From contig CAVSSM010000002.1 of the NCBI GenBank assembly GCA_963730605.1, forward strand, positions 64,001 through 128,000: DNA of 64,000 nucleotides, in the 5' to 3' direction. Shown here in pieces: positions 48,052-58,717 of the stretch (the stretch's first letter is position 1; each line of letters starts with the position of its first letter). Both the position numbers and the translations under genes were made by a program. The notes beneath the pieces were generated by a model. It was not told where the DNA came from, searched no databases, and worked only from the letters and a program-made list of their open reading frames with translations. Source of the stretch: an uncultured Chlamydiae bacterium. Its GTDB lineage: Bacteria; Chlamydiota; Chlamydiia; Chlamydiales; SM23-39.

Positions 48052-49176
48052 TTATTTGTTCTTTTTTGTTTTAATTTGAGAAACCTTCTTAATGGCAAAC
48101 CGGCGCCTCCGTTGCGGCACAAACTCCTCAGCCTGTTCTTCTTTGCGCGGCCGGCCCCTTTTTTTCGGCAGGACAGCGCCGATCGCAGCTTCCATTTTGG
48201 GAGAGGCGGCTTCAGAAATTTCGACCGCTTCTTTGAATTTGGGTTTGAAAAAAGGTGTAAAGGGTTTTTTCACCTTGTCGACGCCAAAAAATTTTTCCGC
48301 GCCGGCGAGCCGGTTTGAAAGATGGCGGAGCGATTCGAGGCGCTGGGAGAGCGCCTCGAGCTTCTCGTCGACTTTCAGCCGCGGGCTGCCGCGGAGCGAT
48401 GCAAGAAGGCGTTCCTCGGTCTCGAACTTCGCAGAGAATGTGACGGAAGAGGCGGATGTAATGTCGGGAATATAGAGGAAAAGTCGGCAGGCGGTAGGCA
48501 CTTGGGTATAAATGTCGCCCGTCATCTGCGGCTCCAGCTCGATCTTCGCGACCTGCTTAGGGGGACGGCCCCGCTTTGGCCGCGGATTGAGAGCTTCGTT
48601 CGAATAATAGGTTCTCGCCTTTGCGGCCAAGGCCTCGCGAGCTGCCGCAATATCCTTGGCGACTTTTGGATCGAAGATCGACCGTTTGACTTTTTCTACC
48701 ACGTTTTTGGTGAGATCGAGATCTTCTTCAAAGACAAAATTGATATTGTGCTGACGAAGCCATTCGATGATCCGGATGCGGAACCGCTCCTGGTAGTAAA
48801 TCTGCCATTTCTCCAGCTCCGTGAGATGGTCGTAGATGAATTCAAGAAAATTTTCCCTCGAATCTTTAGCCCCGATCAAATCGAGCAGCTTTTCCTTCGT
48901 ATCGATATCGTAGACTTTTTCATGGACGAACCCCTCCATGAATTTCTTCGCTTCGTAAAAAGTCATTTTGGGGAGGAGGCAGTACCTCTCGGCATTGACC
49001 AGCAATTCCCTTTCCAAGACTTCCAATTCTTCGACCCCCTTATCGAGATCCGCGTAAACAAGAAACCCCTCGACCTTGTCGAGATAAAAGTCCCTCTCGT
49101 CGTCCGATTTCGCAAACGCGTCCATGAGGCGATGGTAGCGAAGGATCAAGGGATTTTTTGCGACTGGGTATTTCAT
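48052..49176 (-). CDS. UPF0158 family chlamydial protein with a basic C-terminal tail
   Basis: AFAKSDDERDFYLD, FLEFIYDH..ELEKWQ, ALNPRPKRGRPPKQ. Confidence 0.8.
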   Translation of the reverse strand: MKYPVAKNPLILRYHRLMDAFAKSDDERDFYLDKVEGFLVYADLDKGVEELEVLERELLVNAERYCLLPKMTFYEAKKFMEGFVHEKVYDIDTKEKLLDLIGAKDSRENFLEFIYDHLTELEKWQIYYQERFRIRIIEWLRQHNINFVFEEDLDLTKNVVEKVKRSIFDPKVAKDIAAAREALAAKARTYYSNEALNPRPKRGRPPKQVAKIELEPQMTGDIYTQVPTACRLFLYIPDITSASSVTFSAKFETEERLLASLRGSPRLKVDEKLEALSQRLESLRHLSNRLAGAEKFFGVDKVKKPFTPFFKPKFKEAVEISEAASPKMEAAIGAVLPKKRGRPRKEEQAEEFVPQRRRRFAIKKVSQIKTKKNK

Positions 49177-49277
49177 GATTATCCTTTCCGAGAAGATCAT
49201 AACAAAGGGCCTGTCGGAATTCCATCTGTTTTTTTTAGTTCCGATTTATTACACTATAGCGTTTTTGAGGTACAGCC

Positions 49278-50558
49278 ATGCTCGACATCAAAGAACTCCG
49301 GAAAGACCCAAAAGGTTTTGAAGCGAGGCTCAAAACCAAGGTTTCCGAGATAGATCTCCGCCCCATCTTAACCCTCGATGAAAAAATCCGGTCCTTGAAG
49401 ACCGAAGCGGAAGAGCTGAAATCGAAGCGAAACCACTCCTCCAAAGAAATCGGACTGCGCAAGCAAAAGGGAGAAGAGATCGCTCCCTTTCTCGCTGAAA
49501 TGACGGCCCTCGCAGAAGAGATCGCGGCCCGGGACCAGGAAGCGGCCAAGCTCGAGGAAAAAATTGATCAAATGCTATCCGTCCTGCCTAACTTGCCCAT
49601 GGACGATATTCCCGTATCTCCTTTCCCAAAAGATAACGTCTGCATCAAAATCGTCGGAGAGAGACCGGAATTTTCCTTCCCCTTTAAAAATCACGTTGAA
49701 CTGAACGAAAAGCTTCACTTGTTCGATTTCGCCAAAGCCGCGAAAATCTCCGGTTCGGGATGGCCTCTTTACAAAGGGCTCGGCGCACGGCTAGAGTGGG
49801 CTTTGATCAACTACATGTTGGACACCCACCGAGCCAACGGGTTTACGCAAGTGATGCCTCCGCTTCTTGTCCGCCCCGAAACGATGTACGGTGTAGGACA
49901 GCTTCCGAAATTCGAAACCCAGCTCTTCAAGATCAAAGACGAGGACTACCACCTGTATTTGATCCCGACCGCCGAAGCGTCGCTCAATGGCCTTCATATG
50001 GACGAGATCATCGATGAGGCGCATCTGCCTCTCATGTATACGGCCTATACCCCTTGTTTTAGGCGGGAAGCTGGAGCCGCCGGATCAAGCGAGCGAGGCC
50101 TCATCCGGACACACCAATTCAACAAGGTCGAGCTTTTTTGTTTGACCATCCCGGAAGATAGCCCCCGCGTTTATGACAAAATGCTCCAATCTGCGGAAGA
50201 GGTTTTGCAAGGGCTTGGTCTCCATTACCGCAATATGCTTTTGACTACGGGAGACATGTCGTTTGCCGCAGCCAAGACGATCGACATCGAGGTCTGGCTG
50301 CCGGGGCAAAACCGCTATTATGAAGTCTCCTCGGTCTCCAATTGCACCGACTTTCAGGCCCGCCGCGCCCAAATCCGCTTCCGGAGGAAAAATGAGAAAG
50401 CCCATTTCGTCCATACCCTCAACGGCTCCGGGCTCGCCACTTCCCGCCTCATGGTCGCCCTTCTTGAAAATAACCAACAGCCCGACGGGTCTATCCTTGT
50501 GCCAAAAATCCTGCACAAGTATTTAGAAGAAGAGATCGTAGCTATACAACCGAGATAA
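49278..50558 (+). CDS. serS: Serine--tRNA ligase
   Basis: LIPTAE, CFRREAG, RTHQFNKVE, EVSSVSNC, TLNGSGLA. Confidence 0.98.
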   Translation: MLDIKELRKDPKGFEARLKTKVSEIDLRPILTLDEKIRSLKTEAEELKSKRNHSSKEIGLRKQKGEEIAPFLAEMTALAEEIAARDQEAAKLEEKIDQMLSVLPNLPMDDIPVSPFPKDNVCIKIVGERPEFSFPFKNHVELNEKLHLFDFAKAAKISGSGWPLYKGLGARLEWALINYMLDTHRANGFTQVMPPLLVRPETMYGVGQLPKFETQLFKIKDEDYHLYLIPTAEASLNGLHMDEIIDEAHLPLMYTAYTPCFRREAGAAGSSERGLIRTHQFNKVELFCLTIPEDSPRVYDKMLQSAEEVLQGLGLHYRNMLLTTGDMSFAAAKTIDIEVWLPGQNRYYEVSSVSNCTDFQARRAQIRFRRKNEKAHFVHTLNGSGLATSRLMVALLENNQQPDGSILVPKILHKYLEEEIVAIQPR

Positions 50559-50562
50559 ACTT

Positions 50563-51837
50563 TTGGAAAAATTCGTCCGATTTCTCAACCGCTCTCCGAC
50601 GGTTTTCCATGCCGCAAAAGAAGTTTCGAACGCTCTTGCCGAAGCCGATTTTGCCCCTTTAAGCGAAAAAGAGCGCTGGAAGTTCGAGCCGGGGCTTGGG
50701 TATTTTCTCATGCGGGGAGACGCCCTCGTCGCCGCGTTCCGGATGCCGATGCAGCCCCCAACTTCCGCCATCCTCCTCGCCAGCCATCTCGACAGCCCTT
50801 CTCTAAAGATCAAGCCGCATCCCGAAGAGGTTCACCGCTCCATCGGCATGTTCTTAACCGAACCCTACGGCTCTCCCATCCTCCATTCGTGGCTTGACCG
50901 CGACCTTTACCTAGCCGGGCGGATTTCTGTCCTGGACGTTCAAGGCGCTCTCAAATCCCATCTCGTCAAGCTCGACGATTATCCGGTCATCATTCCCCAG
51001 CTTGCTCTCCATCTCGACCGGCAGATGAGCGAAAAGGGGATCCTCGTCAATAAGCAGGACCATCTCAAGCCCATTTTTTCTCTTCAAGCAAAGGAAAAAC
51101 AACTGGAAACCCGGCTTAAAAAACACCATCCATTCAAAACCCTCCTCACTTTCGATTTATTCCTCGTTCCTAATGAGCCCAGCTCTTTTCTTGGGTTCGA
51201 TTCGGAATTCATCGCCTCGCACAAACTCGACAACCTCACATCCGCCTTTGCGGCGCTGCACGCCCTAACCCATAGCGGCCCAAGAAGCGATGTCTTGCAG
51301 GCCGCATTCTTTTGGGACCATGAAGAGATCGGCTCGAAAACTTCCCTGGGCGCCGATTCTTGCTTCGCGGATGAAATTTTGGAGCGGATCTGCCACTTTT
51401 TCAAAATGGACCGGGAAGATTTTTTCCGTCTGAAAAGCCGCTCGATCTGTTTGTCCGGCGACCTGGCGCACGGATTCCATCCGAGCTACGCCGACAAATA
51501 CGATGTCCAAAACGCCCCCCTCCTTGGCCATGGCCCCGTTTTAAAATTCAACGCCAATCAAAAATATGCGACGAGCTCCCTGACAGGGGCCAGAGTCGCA
51601 GAGCTTGCGGAAAAACAAAAAATCCCTCTTCAAAAATTCGCCTCCCGCTCCGACATCCCCTCTGGCAGCACGGTCGGCTCGATCATGGCCTCCCAGCTCG
51701 GGATCCCGACGGTAGACATCGGAATCGCCGGATGGGCGATGCATTCGATCCGAGAGACGGTCGCCGCCAAAGATATCGAGTCTCTTTGCTCCCTTTTCCA
51801 AGCCGCTCTCGAAGAGCCATTGATAGGTTCAACCTGA
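50563..51837 (+). CDS. M18 family aminopeptidase
   Basis: SHLDSP, WLDRDL, LDNL, DHEEIGS, DLAHG.HP, AMHSIRE. Confidence 0.93.
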   Translation: MEKFVRFLNRSPTVFHAAKEVSNALAEADFAPLSEKERWKFEPGLGYFLMRGDALVAAFRMPMQPPTSAILLASHLDSPSLKIKPHPEEVHRSIGMFLTEPYGSPILHSWLDRDLYLAGRISVLDVQGALKSHLVKLDDYPVIIPQLALHLDRQMSEKGILVNKQDHLKPIFSLQAKEKQLETRLKKHHPFKTLLTFDLFLVPNEPSSFLGFDSEFIASHKLDNLTSAFAALHALTHSGPRSDVLQAAFFWDHEEIGSKTSLGADSCFADEILERICHFFKMDREDFFRLKSRSICLSGDLAHGFHPSYADKYDVQNAPLLGHGPVLKFNANQKYATSSLTGARVAELAEKQKIPLQKFASRSDIPSGSTVGSIMASQLGIPTVDIGIAGWAMHSIRETVAAKDIESLCSLFQAALEEPLIGST

Positions 51838-52596
51838 TGGACACGAAGGAAATGCCTCTCCATTTTAAGGGCAAGGAAGCGATCGAGCACGTCATCGACG
51901 CTCGGATCAAGGGTCGTGCCGCCTCTGCGGAAATCCATGGCGCGGAACTTCCCGGCCACTATAGCGCCGCTGCCGACGCAGCCAAAGAGACATCGTTCAT
52001 TCTTCTTGTCCTTTGGGCGCTTTTCAGCGAGCTTGGTTTTTCGCCGGCGAAACTTCACTGGATGTCTCTTTGCCTCATCATCGGCTGGCTTTTTTGGAAA
52101 GTAGGGCGAAGCGCGATTCTCGGATATTCGAGGTTAGAGCGGCTCCACCGGCTGATCGAAGAAGAGAGATGGGAGATCGAACATCACCGCCCCCAAGAAA
52201 GGGAGGAATTAAAAGCTCTTTATGCTGTGAAAGGATTTTCCGGAAAACTACTTGATGAATCGGTGGACATCTTGATGGCCGACGACAATCGGCTTTTGCA
52301 AGTGATGCTTGAAGAAGAGCTCGGCCTAATCCTTAGAATCCTATGAACATCCCCTGAAGCAAGCCCTTGGGGCGTTTTTCGGGGTGCTCCTCGCGAGCGC
52401 TGTCATGTCTTGCGGTTTCTTTTTTCTTCCCTGGTGGGGCGCTGCCTTAACCGCAGGCGTTGTGATCGCATTTTCAGCAGGAATGGTCGCCCACCTGGAA
52501 CGGAACCAGCCTCTTCCCGCCATCATCTGGAACGTCGCCAATGCCGCTCTAGCATCCGGCGTCGCTTATTTCGCAGCACAATTCCTCATCCGATGA
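51837..52596 (+). CDS. VIT1/CCC1-like membrane protein, +1 frameshift near 52329 (likely error)
   Basis: EERWEIEHH..QEREEL..LY..KGF, MLEEELGL; deleting one A gives LGLSLESYEHPLKQA. Confidence 0.8.
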
Positions 52597-54557
52597 AAAC
52601 CCCTTACTTATTTGACGAATTTTTCGCTTCCGGCAAGGAGGAAAGCATCAGCCCTTTTCTCACTCCACAATCGCGTATCTTGGGCAAAAACCTCTCAATA
52701 AAAAGCGCAAGCTTTGCTGGATTCCTTCTCGCGGCGGCCTTTGGCGTTTCTTTCCATTTTCCACCGCTTTCCCATCTTTTTCTTTCTTTCGTCTATTTTC
52801 TTGTCGGCGTCCCGGCCCTGATCGCCGCCATCTCCGATATAAAAAATCTCGAAATCAACATCGATGTCTTGATGACGCTGGCCGCGTTCGTCGCCGTTTT
52901 TATCGATAGCGGCCTTGAAGGGGGGCTTCTTCTTGTCCTCTTCGAGCTCTCCCATGGCATGGAAGAGGCCGTGTCAAAAAAAGCGAGAAGCGCTCTTCAT
53001 AATCTCAACCACCTGGCCCCAAAATTTGCGATTTTAATCGACACCCAAGGCAACCTCTACGAAAAATCGGTCCGGGAAATCGGGATCGGAGACAAGGTGC
53101 TCGTCAAAAATGGAGAGGTCGTTCCGCTCGATGGCATCGTCGTCGACGGCCATTCCTCGGTCAATCTCGTTCACTTGACCGGAGAGAGCCTCCCGGTCCC
53201 CAAAGAGCCGGGAGATTCCGTCCCTGCAGGCGCGCGCAATCTCGAAGCGGCGCTCACCATCGAAGTCACCCGCACAAGCTCCGATTCTACCCTTTCCAGG
53301 ATCATCCATCTGATTACGCAGGCGCATGAAGCCAAACCACGACTGCAAAGATGGCTCGACCGGTTCGGCAAGCGGTATGCCACAGCCGTCATCGGGCTAA
53401 CCTTCCTATTCGCCCTCTTACTCCCTTTTGTGTTCGCCACCCCAATTTTGGGCCATGAAGGATCGATCTATCGCGCTCTTGCCTTCCTCATCGCAGCCTC
53501 TCCCTGCGCCCTCATCATCGCCACTCCTACCGCCTATTTGAGCGCGATCAGCGCCTGCGCTAAAAGAGGGATCTTGCTTAAAGGCGGCATCACCCTCGAT
53601 GCCCTAGCGAGCTGCTCCAGCGTCGCGTTCGACAAGACGGGAACCTTGACTACAGGACAGCTCGTCTTAACAAAAATAGAAGAGGTCGGAAGCGCCCAAA
53701 TCGATGCCGACACTGCCATCAGCATCGCCTTCGGACTAGAAAGGCAAGTCGTCCATCCGATCGCGGGCGCGATTTGCAACTTGGCCGCCTCGAAGAAAAT
53801 TCCGCCCGCCGACATCGCCTCCTTCAAAGCGATCCCAGGCTCAGGGTTACAAGGGCGGTTCGGCGAAAAACCGGTCTTCATCGGCCTGCCGGGAAGGATC
53901 GCATCGGAGATCCCTCCGGAAAAAGCGGCCATCTTGCGAGAGCTCCTTGAGACATTGGGCGGCGGTGTCCTCGCGGCGCTTTCTGTTGGCGAAGATGTTT
54001 TCCTCTTCCAGTTTTCCGATGAAGTAAGAATTAGCGCTGCACCGCTACTCGAACAGATCAAAACGGTCAATGGTCTAAAAACCATCATGCTGACCGGCGA
54101 CAATCGGCAAAGCGCCGAAAACGTTGGGAAATTCCTTCAAGTGGACGAGATCCACGCCGACCTTCGCCCAGAGGACAAGCTCGCAGCAGTCGCCGCATTT
54201 TCTGCGGCAGGCCTTGCCATGGTCGGCGACGGGATCAACGACGCGCCGGCTCTTGCCCGAGCCACAGTCGGCATTTCGATGGGAAAAATCGGCAGCAGGG
54301 CCGCGGTCGACGCCTCAGATGTCGTCCTCCTCAACGACGATCTCCATCTCCTAAGTTGGCTTTTCACCAAGTCAAGGCAAACGCAGCGGATCGTCAAGCA
54401 AAACTTAAGCCTTGCGCTCTCTGTCATCGTCCTTGCCACAATACCCGCGCTTCTCGGCCTCGTCCCTCTTTGGGCCGCCGTCATCCTCCACGAAGGGGGA
54501 ACCGTCCTCGTAGGATTGAACAGCTTGCGTCTGCTTGCCAACCCGTCCAAAAGTTAA
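52593..54557 (+). CDS. P1B heavy-metal ATPase (CadA/ZntA-like)
   Basis: LTGES, SPCAL, DKTGT, HP, TGDN, GDGINDAP, HEGGT. Confidence 0.95.
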   Translation: MKTPYLFDEFFASGKEESISPFLTPQSRILGKNLSIKSASFAGFLLAAAFGVSFHFPPLSHLFLSFVYFLVGVPALIAAISDIKNLEINIDVLMTLAAFVAVFIDSGLEGGLLLVLFELSHGMEEAVSKKARSALHNLNHLAPKFAILIDTQGNLYEKSVREIGIGDKVLVKNGEVVPLDGIVVDGHSSVNLVHLTGESLPVPKEPGDSVPAGARNLEAALTIEVTRTSSDSTLSRIIHLITQAHEAKPRLQRWLDRFGKRYATAVIGLTFLFALLLPFVFATPILGHEGSIYRALAFLIAASPCALIIATPTAYLSAISACAKRGILLKGGITLDALASCSSVAFDKTGTLTTGQLVLTKIEEVGSAQIDADTAISIAFGLERQVVHPIAGAICNLAASKKIPPADIASFKAIPGSGLQGRFGEKPVFIGLPGRIASEIPPEKAAILRELLETLGGGVLAALSVGEDVFLFQFSDEVRISAAPLLEQIKTVNGLKTIMLTGDNRQSAENVGKFLQVDEIHADLRPEDKLAAVAAFSAAGLAMVGDGINDAPALARATVGISMGKIGSRAAVDASDVVLLNDDLHLLSWLFTKSRQTQRIVKQNLSLALSVIVLATIPALLGLVPLWAAVILHEGGTVLVGLNSLRLLANPSKS

Positions 54558-54571
54558 GAAACTCTCTCGCT

Positions 54572-54616
54572 AGAACCGAAAAATCGACAGAACCTCACAT
54601 TGTAGATACCCTCTCA
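54572..54616. mobile_element. Right-end fragment of MITE family F
   Basis: agaaccgaaaaatcgacagaacctcacattgtagataccctc matches 45360-45401 with one mismatch. Confidence 0.88.
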
Positions 54617-54769
54617 GGAATAAATCAAAAAACTGACATAAATTAATCACTAACAGGAAAATTAAAAAATAAAATTAAAATGCAATCAAATTAATTTTGT
54701 TACTTTAAATTAAATACGAAAACAAACTAAAATAAAAGAGTCATAAATATAAATTAAAGGAGTTTTTTC

Positions 54770-55225
54770 ATGAACGCAATAAATTTACAACAATCGACTA
54801 AAATAGGCCAAACTACTAATTGTCCAGTTTGCCCAATTAAACCTGTACAACCTGCTGCTCAGAAAGATGCTTGGGAACATATTCCAAATCACGCTCAGTA
54901 CAAAGGTTCAGACTTCAGCACAGCAGTGAGAGTCGAGAGAGGGATCACGGTCAAAAAAGCGAAAGAAATCGCCGACAACGATCCAGAAATCGATTATTTC
55001 TTCTATGTGAAGGGGGTTACAATGGTGTTGGAAGTTCCCAAAGAAGGGTCTTTCGATAAAGAAGGCGTTCCGCTCGTTCAGCATGGAAGCTTCATCTACG
55101 ATAGCGGCAAACCTGGCCATGGCGCGATGCGCGTATTTCATCACGGAGACGTGGTCTTTTTCAAGAAAGGCGGAGAGTGGCTCGGAACCGCGCCAGGACT
55201 CGCAGATGTCTATCGCAAGAGATAA
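54770..55225 (+). CDS. Hypothetical protein
   Basis: aaggag RBS, AT-rich upstream, own terminator. Confidence 0.75.
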   Translation: MNAINLQQSTKIGQTTNCPVCPIKPVQPAAQKDAWEHIPNHAQYKGSDFSTAVRVERGITVKKAKEIADNDPEIDYFFYVKGVTMVLEVPKEGSFDKEGVPLVQHGSFIYDSGKPGHGAMRVFHHGDVVFFKKGGEWLGTAPGLADVYRKR

Positions 55226-55237
55226 TCTTCTCTCTAC

Positions 55238-55267
55238 AAAGGCCCTTTATCTTGGAGGGCCTTTTTT
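55238..55267 (+). terminator. Rho-independent terminator
   Basis: aaaggccct...agggcc followed by tttttt. Confidence 0.7.
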
Positions 55268-55281
55268 AAGCGGGTGGCTAT

Positions 55282-55345
55282 GAGGGTGTCTACAAAGTGA
55301 GGGAACGCCCGAGTTTTTGGATTATTTTGGCCGCTTTTCGACTTC
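55282..55345. mobile_element. Left-end fragment of MITE family F
   Basis: 64 bp identical to 45228-45291. Confidence 0.92.
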
Positions 55346-55540
55346 TGCAAGTCCGAGTAGACAAAGAAAAAAGAGAAGGGTACGTGGTCTATGGCGGCAC
55401 CGAAGATCAAAAACGGCAGACAAGCCATGTGATCAGCTGGAAAAGCCTCTCAAAAATTGAAAATTAACGCCAGTACTTACTTCATACACATAACTTCATC
55501 CCCTTGACAAGTTGATGCCGGAAATGCAAAACGTGCATAT

Positions 55541-58500
55541 ATGGAGCAGCCCAAATATCCTCCGCTCTCCTCCGAGGATTTGAAGAAGGCGATCGCTGCG
55601 GAATCGGGCGAATTCGAGCGCGCTTATCGTTGGCTCGAAGAGCACATGCCGATAAGCTTTATGGATGAGGTCGACCCGAAGATGCGGATTCTCATCGCCC
55701 GCAATCTTTTGAGTTTTCACCTCCAAGACCGCTTTACCCACATCCACCTAAAACAGATGGCCATCTCCTGCTGTATGGACGGTCCTGCCGCCGACTTAAA
55801 AATCCTAAAGAGTTATTCCCAGTTTGCTATCCGGTACTACCGGGCATTCGTTTCGAAGGAGCCGCCGCCCGGAGAGAAAAAAGGGAATCTCCGTATCGCC
55901 TTGGTCTATTTCCGCGACCCCGACCGCAATGAGAAATTATCGCCGGCAGCGAAGGCGAAGTTATTGGAATTTACGAAAGAAAAAAAAAGCGATCTCAAAA
56001 CGGATGAGTTCGAGACGCTTCTCCATGGTTTGACGCCCCGCTTCCTCCGCTCCATGACCGAAGAGCGCTTGAAGATGGTCCTCGAGATGTTCTTCCGGGC
56101 CAAGGAGCGCGACCAATGCCAATACGAAGTGCGCCGCAATATCGATTGGGAAAGCAAAGAGGCGCCCTCGCTCCAGATGGTGCTCGCTTGGCGGAGCGTC
56201 CCGAAGGCGGGATTTCTCTATCGGCTCGCGAAAATCATCCACGCCCACCAGCTTGCCCTCCAAAAAGTCGTTGCGACCTATGTCGACCCGTATAGCACCG
56301 AAAATGTTTTGATTTTGTCGCTCGGGCTGCACGGTTTGCATGGGAAAGCGGCCTGGGAAGAGGCCGATATCGATGATTTCCTGAGGGAACTCGCCCTGAC
56401 GAAATTCTTCGAGATCGACGATCCGGTCGGCACCGCGTTCGTTCAGACGAAGCTTTTGACCGGCAACGAGGGCCATCTTGTCCGCAATTTCATCAGCTTT
56501 GTCCATCAAGTCCTCGTCTATGCGGATCCAAATCTCTATTCCCTCGAACATATCATCGACGGTTTTTGCCGCCATCCCGAGCTGACCGTCAGGCTTTGCA
56601 AGGCGTTCGAATCCAAGTTCGACCCAGAAAAGAAAAATGAGGCCCGCTTCCAAAATGAAAGAAAGGAGGTAGCGGATCTCATCGAAAAGCTCGACACCGG
56701 ACAGGCAGTCAACGACCTCAGGCGCAAGAACATCTTGCGGCAAGGGGTCGAATTCATCAACTGCATCCTCAAAACGAACTTCTACAGGCACAACAAGACG
56801 AGTTTCAGTTTCCGCCTCGATCCCATCTATCTCGACCGCGTCCCTTTTGATCGGAAAGAAAAATTTCCAGAGCTTCCCTTCGGGATCTTTTTTATCCGAG
56901 GCATGCATTTCATCGGTTTCAATATCCGCTTCAAAGACCTGGCGAGAGGTGGCGTAAGAACGATCCTTCCAGAGAGGCGCGAGCAATTCGTCCAAGACAG
57001 AAACAACGTCTTTTCCGAAGCTTATAGTCTCTCCTATACCCAGCAAAAGAAAAACAAAGACATTCCGGAAGGCGGGGCGAAAACGGCGATTCTTTTGAAA
57101 CCTATGGACGTCTTTTCAATCGAAGAGAAGGTTTTTCGCAAGGAGATGGAAGACGACGGGATCGACCCAAAAATCATCGAAGAAAAAATCCTCGCCCACA
57201 GGCAGGGCCAAAGGCAAGCCTATATCAATAGCTCGCAGCGCTGCTTCATCGACAGCTTCATGACTCTCATCAACTGCGAAGAAGATGGAACGCTTCGCTC
57301 CAAATCGGTCGTCGATTATTGGAAGAGGCCCGAATACATTTATCTTGGCCCCGACGAAAATATTTCCAACGAGATGATCGTCTGGATCGCCGACTTCGCG
57401 GTCCATTGCAACTACAAGCCGGGGCGCTCTTTTATGAGCAGCAAGCCAGGAGCCGGCATCAACCATAAGCAATATGGCGTCACCTCGTACGGGGTCAACG
57501 TCTTTCTGGAAGAGACCCTCAAATTTCTAGGGATCGACCCAAAAAAAAATGCTTTTACCATCAAGATTTCTGGAGGCCCAGATGGAGATGTCGCGGGAAA
57601 CGAAATTCTCAACCTCTATAAGTTCTATCCTGATACGGCCACGCTGATCGCTTTGACCGATGTCTCCGGGACAATCTATGATCCGATCGGCCTCGATTTG
57701 AAAGAGATGGCGGAGCTTTGCCATAAATCGCTCCCGATCCGCCACTTCCCCCCTGAAAAGCTCTCCGAGGGGGGATTTCTCCTCGACCTTAGGACAAAAC
57801 GGGAAGAGAGCGCCTATGCCCAAGCCACTCTCCTTTGGCGAAAAAAGGGAGGGACGCTCGTCGAAGAATGGCTCTCCGGCAGCGAAATGAACTTCCTCTA
57901 TCGCAACAATATCCACGCGATCGTCGCCGATATTTTTGTGCCAGGCGGTGGGAGGCCGAGGACCTTAAACGAGGCGAATTTCCGCACCTATTTGGATCCA
58001 CAAGGCAACCCTACATCGAAAGCGATCGTGGAAGGGGCGAACCTCTACCTCACTCCAGGAGCGCGCCACGCTCTCGAGAAATTAGGATGCGTCGTCCTCA
58101 AAGACAGCTCTTGCAATAAAGGAGGCGTCATCACCTCTTCTTTCGAGGTGCTGGCAGGCCTTTGCATGTCGGAGGCCGACTTTTTGAAGGAGAAAAACGA
58201 ATACGTGAAAGAGATCCTGGAAGTGATCCGGAAAGCCGCTTTGAATGAAGCAAGGATCCTCCTTACCACCTATAAAAACACGAATGGGTCTCTCAGCGAT
58301 ATCTCAGATAAAATCTCGGAGCGGATCAACTACTATAAGTATCAACTCCTCGAATACCTCGAGCCTCTGGAATTATCCCAAGACAAAAATGATTTTTTGA
58401 TCCGGTGCCTCATCCACTACTGCACCCCCCTTTTACGGGAACGCCACCTCGAAGGGATCCTCTCCCTGCCAGATATCCATAAAAAGGCGATCATCGCCTG

Positions 58501-58606
58501 CTACATCGCCTCCCGGCTCGTCTATAGCCGCGGCCTCGACTGGAGCCCTGCCATCGCAGACATCCTGCCCACCCTGGGGGATGATCCGAGCTTGTTTCTT
58601 GAATAG
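55541..58606 (+). CDS. Large NAD-specific glutamate dehydrogenase
   Basis: RFKDLARGGVR, KNKDIPEGGAK, LGPDEN, GINHKQYGVTS, GGPDGDVAGN, VEGANL, NKGGVITSSFE. Confidence 0.92.
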   Translation: MEQPKYPPLSSEDLKKAIAAESGEFERAYRWLEEHMPISFMDEVDPKMRILIARNLLSFHLQDRFTHIHLKQMAISCCMDGPAADLKILKSYSQFAIRYYRAFVSKEPPPGEKKGNLRIALVYFRDPDRNEKLSPAAKAKLLEFTKEKKSDLKTDEFETLLHGLTPRFLRSMTEERLKMVLEMFFRAKERDQCQYEVRRNIDWESKEAPSLQMVLAWRSVPKAGFLYRLAKIIHAHQLALQKVVATYVDPYSTENVLILSLGLHGLHGKAAWEEADIDDFLRELALTKFFEIDDPVGTAFVQTKLLTGNEGHLVRNFISFVHQVLVYADPNLYSLEHIIDGFCRHPELTVRLCKAFESKFDPEKKNEARFQNERKEVADLIEKLDTGQAVNDLRRKNILRQGVEFINCILKTNFYRHNKTSFSFRLDPIYLDRVPFDRKEKFPELPFGIFFIRGMHFIGFNIRFKDLARGGVRTILPERREQFVQDRNNVFSEAYSLSYTQQKKNKDIPEGGAKTAILLKPMDVFSIEEKVFRKEMEDDGIDPKIIEEKILAHRQGQRQAYINSSQRCFIDSFMTLINCEEDGTLRSKSVVDYWKRPEYIYLGPDENISNEMIVWIADFAVHCNYKPGRSFMSSKPGAGINHKQYGVTSYGVNVFLEETLKFLGIDPKKNAFTIKISGGPDGDVAGNEILNLYKFYPDTATLIALTDVSGTIYDPIGLDLKEMAELCHKSLPIRHFPPEKLSEGGFLLDLRTKREESAYAQATLLWRKKGGTLVEEWLSGSEMNFLYRNNIHAIVADIFVPGGGRPRTLNEANFRTYLDPQGNPTSKAIVEGANLYLTPGARHALEKLGCVVLKDSSCNKGGVITSSFEVLAGLCMSEADFLKEKNEYVKEILEVIRKAALNEARILLTTYKNTNGSLSDISDKISERINYYKYQLLEYLEPLELSQDKNDFLIRCLIHYCTPLLRERHLEGILSLPDIHKKAIIACYIASRLVYSRGLDWSPAIADILPTLGDDPSLFLE

Positions 58607-58643
58607 CATAAGTCATTAAAATAAAATAACTTACATAAAAAAA

Positions 58644-58670
58644 CCAGCAATCGACGAATGCGATTGCTAA
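58644..58670 (+). promoter_or_regulatory. Variant CIRCE operator overlapping the -35 of the hrcA promoter
   Basis: ccAGCAaTC-N9-GAtTGCTAA versus TTAGCACTC-N9-GAGTGCTAA; tgg-tataat at 58685-58693. Confidence 0.8.
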
Positions 58671-58717
58671 AAAAGAAAGCGATCTGGTATAATACAAAAA
58701 TAACCGTGACAAAGCCA

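Noticed and set aside
52320..52346. Split VIT1-like gene as two real ORFs
   Set aside because: Removing a single A restores one frame, the same error pattern as above.
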